64,000 nt of DNA from Lama glama (taxonomy: Eukaryota), in NCBI GenBank assembly GCA_028534125.1, contig CM052824.1, positions 1,116,001-1,180,000 on the forward strand, written 5' to 3'. The translations under genes and the position numbers were made by a program. This document shows positions 61,556 through 64,000 of the stretch, piece by piece (within the stretch, counting starts at the first letter, position 1; each line of letters starts with the position of its first letter). The notes below the pieces were generated by a model. The model did not search any database and was not told the DNA's origin. It saw only the letters and a list, made by a program, of their open reading frames with translations.

Positions 61556-62444
61556 GGGTTTGGAGGGCCATTCCTGAGATTAAAAAGAAAAAAAGCTCGC
61601 AGGCTGTATTTCCTATATAATGATATTTTTGTCAGTGTCTAATTTATTTTATTCTTTTTTACAACAAAAATACCTTTGCTAACTTACCACCATTTCCCCT
61701 CTTCTTTCCTGTGCCCATCTCTGCAGACCAGACACTTTAAGTTCACATGTGATTTAAGAAGAGACTTCCAGCCATAGGCATCTCCCCTGCCACCCTGTCC
61801 TCCACCCACTGCTATTGCTCCAAATTAGAACCACACCAAAGAAACTCTCCTTTGTTTTCCACCTCCACACCTATCCAGACCCACATGCAAGTTGAAGCTA
61901 TTTTGCTCTTAATGTGGTACAGACACATAAACTCTAAAGAGAGCACTGAGACATATGTATTTTTAATGAAAGAGTATTTCATTGTCACGGACAAGAAGGA
62001 AAAGATGACCAACTTCAGATTTCTCTTTAATGACTTTCTAAGTGATAGCTGCTCCTTCTGATGGTCAACTCTGCAGCTGTGGCCCCGGCACCATTGTGCT
62101 ATTAGCCTATGGCAAAATAAAAATCCCAATTAAAATGCAAACTTTTGAAAGTGTCAGTAGGCAGAAAAGCCACTTAGAAGAAAAAAAATCCGCAAGAATG
62201 CTTTTAAGAGTAGGGTTCAATGTTGTGTCTTTAGCAGCTTTCTCCCCATAAAGCTTTTGATAACAGAACCTTGAACCAAAAAAACCATGATGCTAAAGTA
62301 AAACTTGCTCGACATGGAAGCAAACAGTTTGAGGGTTTTTTTCTTTTTTCTTACATCTATGCCATCATCTAAAATATTACAAGCAGACCCACAGGGAAGC
62401 AGTGAGAGTCGTGGTTGTAACACTGAGGCTAGGTGTACCCATTC

Positions 62445-62880
62445 TTCTTTCACTCAACAAGCGCTTTTGAGCACCTGCTCTCTGCAAAGCTTTAAGAGAG
62501 GACCTGCTGTACACTGATAAAGAAAATGGTCACGGTTCTTGCCTCCATGAGCTTAGAACTGCAGAGTCAGAGAATAAATCATCAGCAAACAAGTAAAATG
62601 CAATGACATACCCAGGTCTACGTATACATGCACTTAGACACGTACAATGACAAATGCCACCACGGAGACAAGTTGGTGAGATCATGAATGTCTGGGCAAC
62701 ATCCTGAGATCAGGTGTTCCAAGGAAGCCTCGCTGAGGAGGGGCAGGACTGCAAAATGAGGGGTCAGCCTTGGGGAGATTCGGGGAACAGAGCTCTAGGT
62801 AGGGGGAAAACCAAGAGCTAAGGCTTTGAGGCGGAACAGACTCGGTGTGCAAACAGACAGCAAAGAAGGGGATGGAGCAT
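62445..62880 (-). mobile_element. L2 remnant
   Basis: 'tcactcaacaagcgcttttgagcacctgctctctgcaaag...ggttcttgcctccatgagcttagaact...ggaacagactcggtgtgcaaa'. Confidence 0.75.
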
Positions 62881-62964
62881 TCTGACAGATCTGACTGCAA
62901 GTCTTGGCTTGGCTGTGTGTTATCTGAGCAATCTATTTTGGGGAAGTGAATTTTATGGATAGCG

Positions 62965-63185
62965 TGTGAATAGAGTCAGCCTAACAGGGTTCACTTGGCG
63001 TCACCACTTACCAGATGTGTATCCTTTAACTCATTACTTAGCCACTCTGTTCTTTAATTTCCTCCTCTATAAATGGGGACAATAGTACCTACTTGAGTGG
63101 GTTGTTGTGAAGATTACGTAGGATTAAAGGTAAACATGCAGAGTAGGACTTGTCATTAGAAAGCATGTAATAAGTGTTAAGTATT
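62965..63185 (+). mobile_element. MIR SINE
   Basis: 'tagagtcagcctaacagggttcacttggcgtcaccacttaccagatgtgt...tttcctcctctataaatggggacaatagtacctacttgagtgggttgttgtgaagaatta'. Confidence 0.85.
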
Positions 63186-64000
63186 CCTCATCTTGTTATT
63201 ATTCCTTATATTGTTATTAGTATTAATTGCTAAATCTCTCTGACCCTCAGAGGGTTGCAGTTTCCCCACTATTCGGAAGCATATTTCACAGAGTCCCTGT
63301 GAAACCTTTCATAGACTGAAATACTGTAAAGCGAAGAAGCAATTACCTTAGGACACGTCTTGCTAAGGATACACAAAATAAGTGGAGGCAAAGCACAGGT
63401 GCTCATGGATGCAGCTCAGAGCCGTGCGGCTTGACGGTGAGATGCTGAGGGTCCTTCCTGGGGGAGGAGCTTGGGGCGCCGTTCTCGCTACTCAGGGCGC
63501 GTGCTGCCGGTATCCCGGCTCGATGCAAACCCAACACTGAACACAGTTTTCGTTTTTTTCTCCTGTTTTCATAAAAGCAAAAATCCTCTTCAGAATCAGT
63601 TGGTGAAAGCAGGTACCAATGTAGGCCTTCCATAGAAGTGAAGTGGCTTAAAGCAAACTTTCAAAATCAGGGGGTACCTATCATACTAAAAATGAATCCC
63701 ACCTTGCAGTGTTCCATGGAAGACTGTGTGTGATGCTATGTGTACAATTCTTAGCACATATTGCTCAGCACATATCACTCAATGCACTGGTAGCTTTCAT
63801 ACTGTTGTTTTTTTTAATTAATAGTAGCATTGGTTATAAGTTAAAACTAGTATCAAATCTATGTTTTCTAAATTGAACTCAAAATATTCTTAGGGTATCG
63901 AAATGTTTTTAGAACTGAGCTTTAGCCAACATTTGATTTGAATCCATTTTCTATACATAAAAAAGCATGTTTGTTTCACTCCAGTTGTATGCCCATCCTC

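Noticed and set aside
1-64000. A novel multi-gene biological system
   Set aside because: No intact coding genes were found. All protein-like signal traces to decayed L1 and ERVL elements, so there is no support for such a claim.

Overview
This window is mammalian non-coding DNA, most likely from a camelid (camel or alpaca). The evidence is two tRNA-derived vic-1-like SINEs, two camelid-type L1 3' ends, and no Alu, B1/B2, Bov-tA/BovB, PRE-1 or Can-SINE elements seen. I could not identify any host protein-coding exon, RNA gene or locus name. The only ORF-track fragments with recognisable protein similarity are decayed retroelement proteins (L1 ORF2p, ERVL RNaseH/integrase); manual translation also recovers L1 ORF1p and ERVL protease/RT remnants. 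The window is a mosaic of ancient eutherian repeats (L2, MIR, L1M, MLT1, MLT2, MER53, MER5, Charlie). It also holds a deleted two-LTR ERVL provirus nested in an L1, an orphan ERVL pol fragment, and a younger solo LTR with a CCAAT-box array. Repeat-free islands between these look regulatory: a very CpG-dense micro-island at about 25.4 kb, a CpG island at about 59.9-60.8 kb, several CTCF-like sites, and homeobox/PAX-motif-rich stretches. There are three assembly gaps. I found no convincing novel biological system; the best reading is an intergenic or intronic regulatory landscape. Repeat family names come from recalled consensus similarity rather than a database search, and boundaries are approximate.
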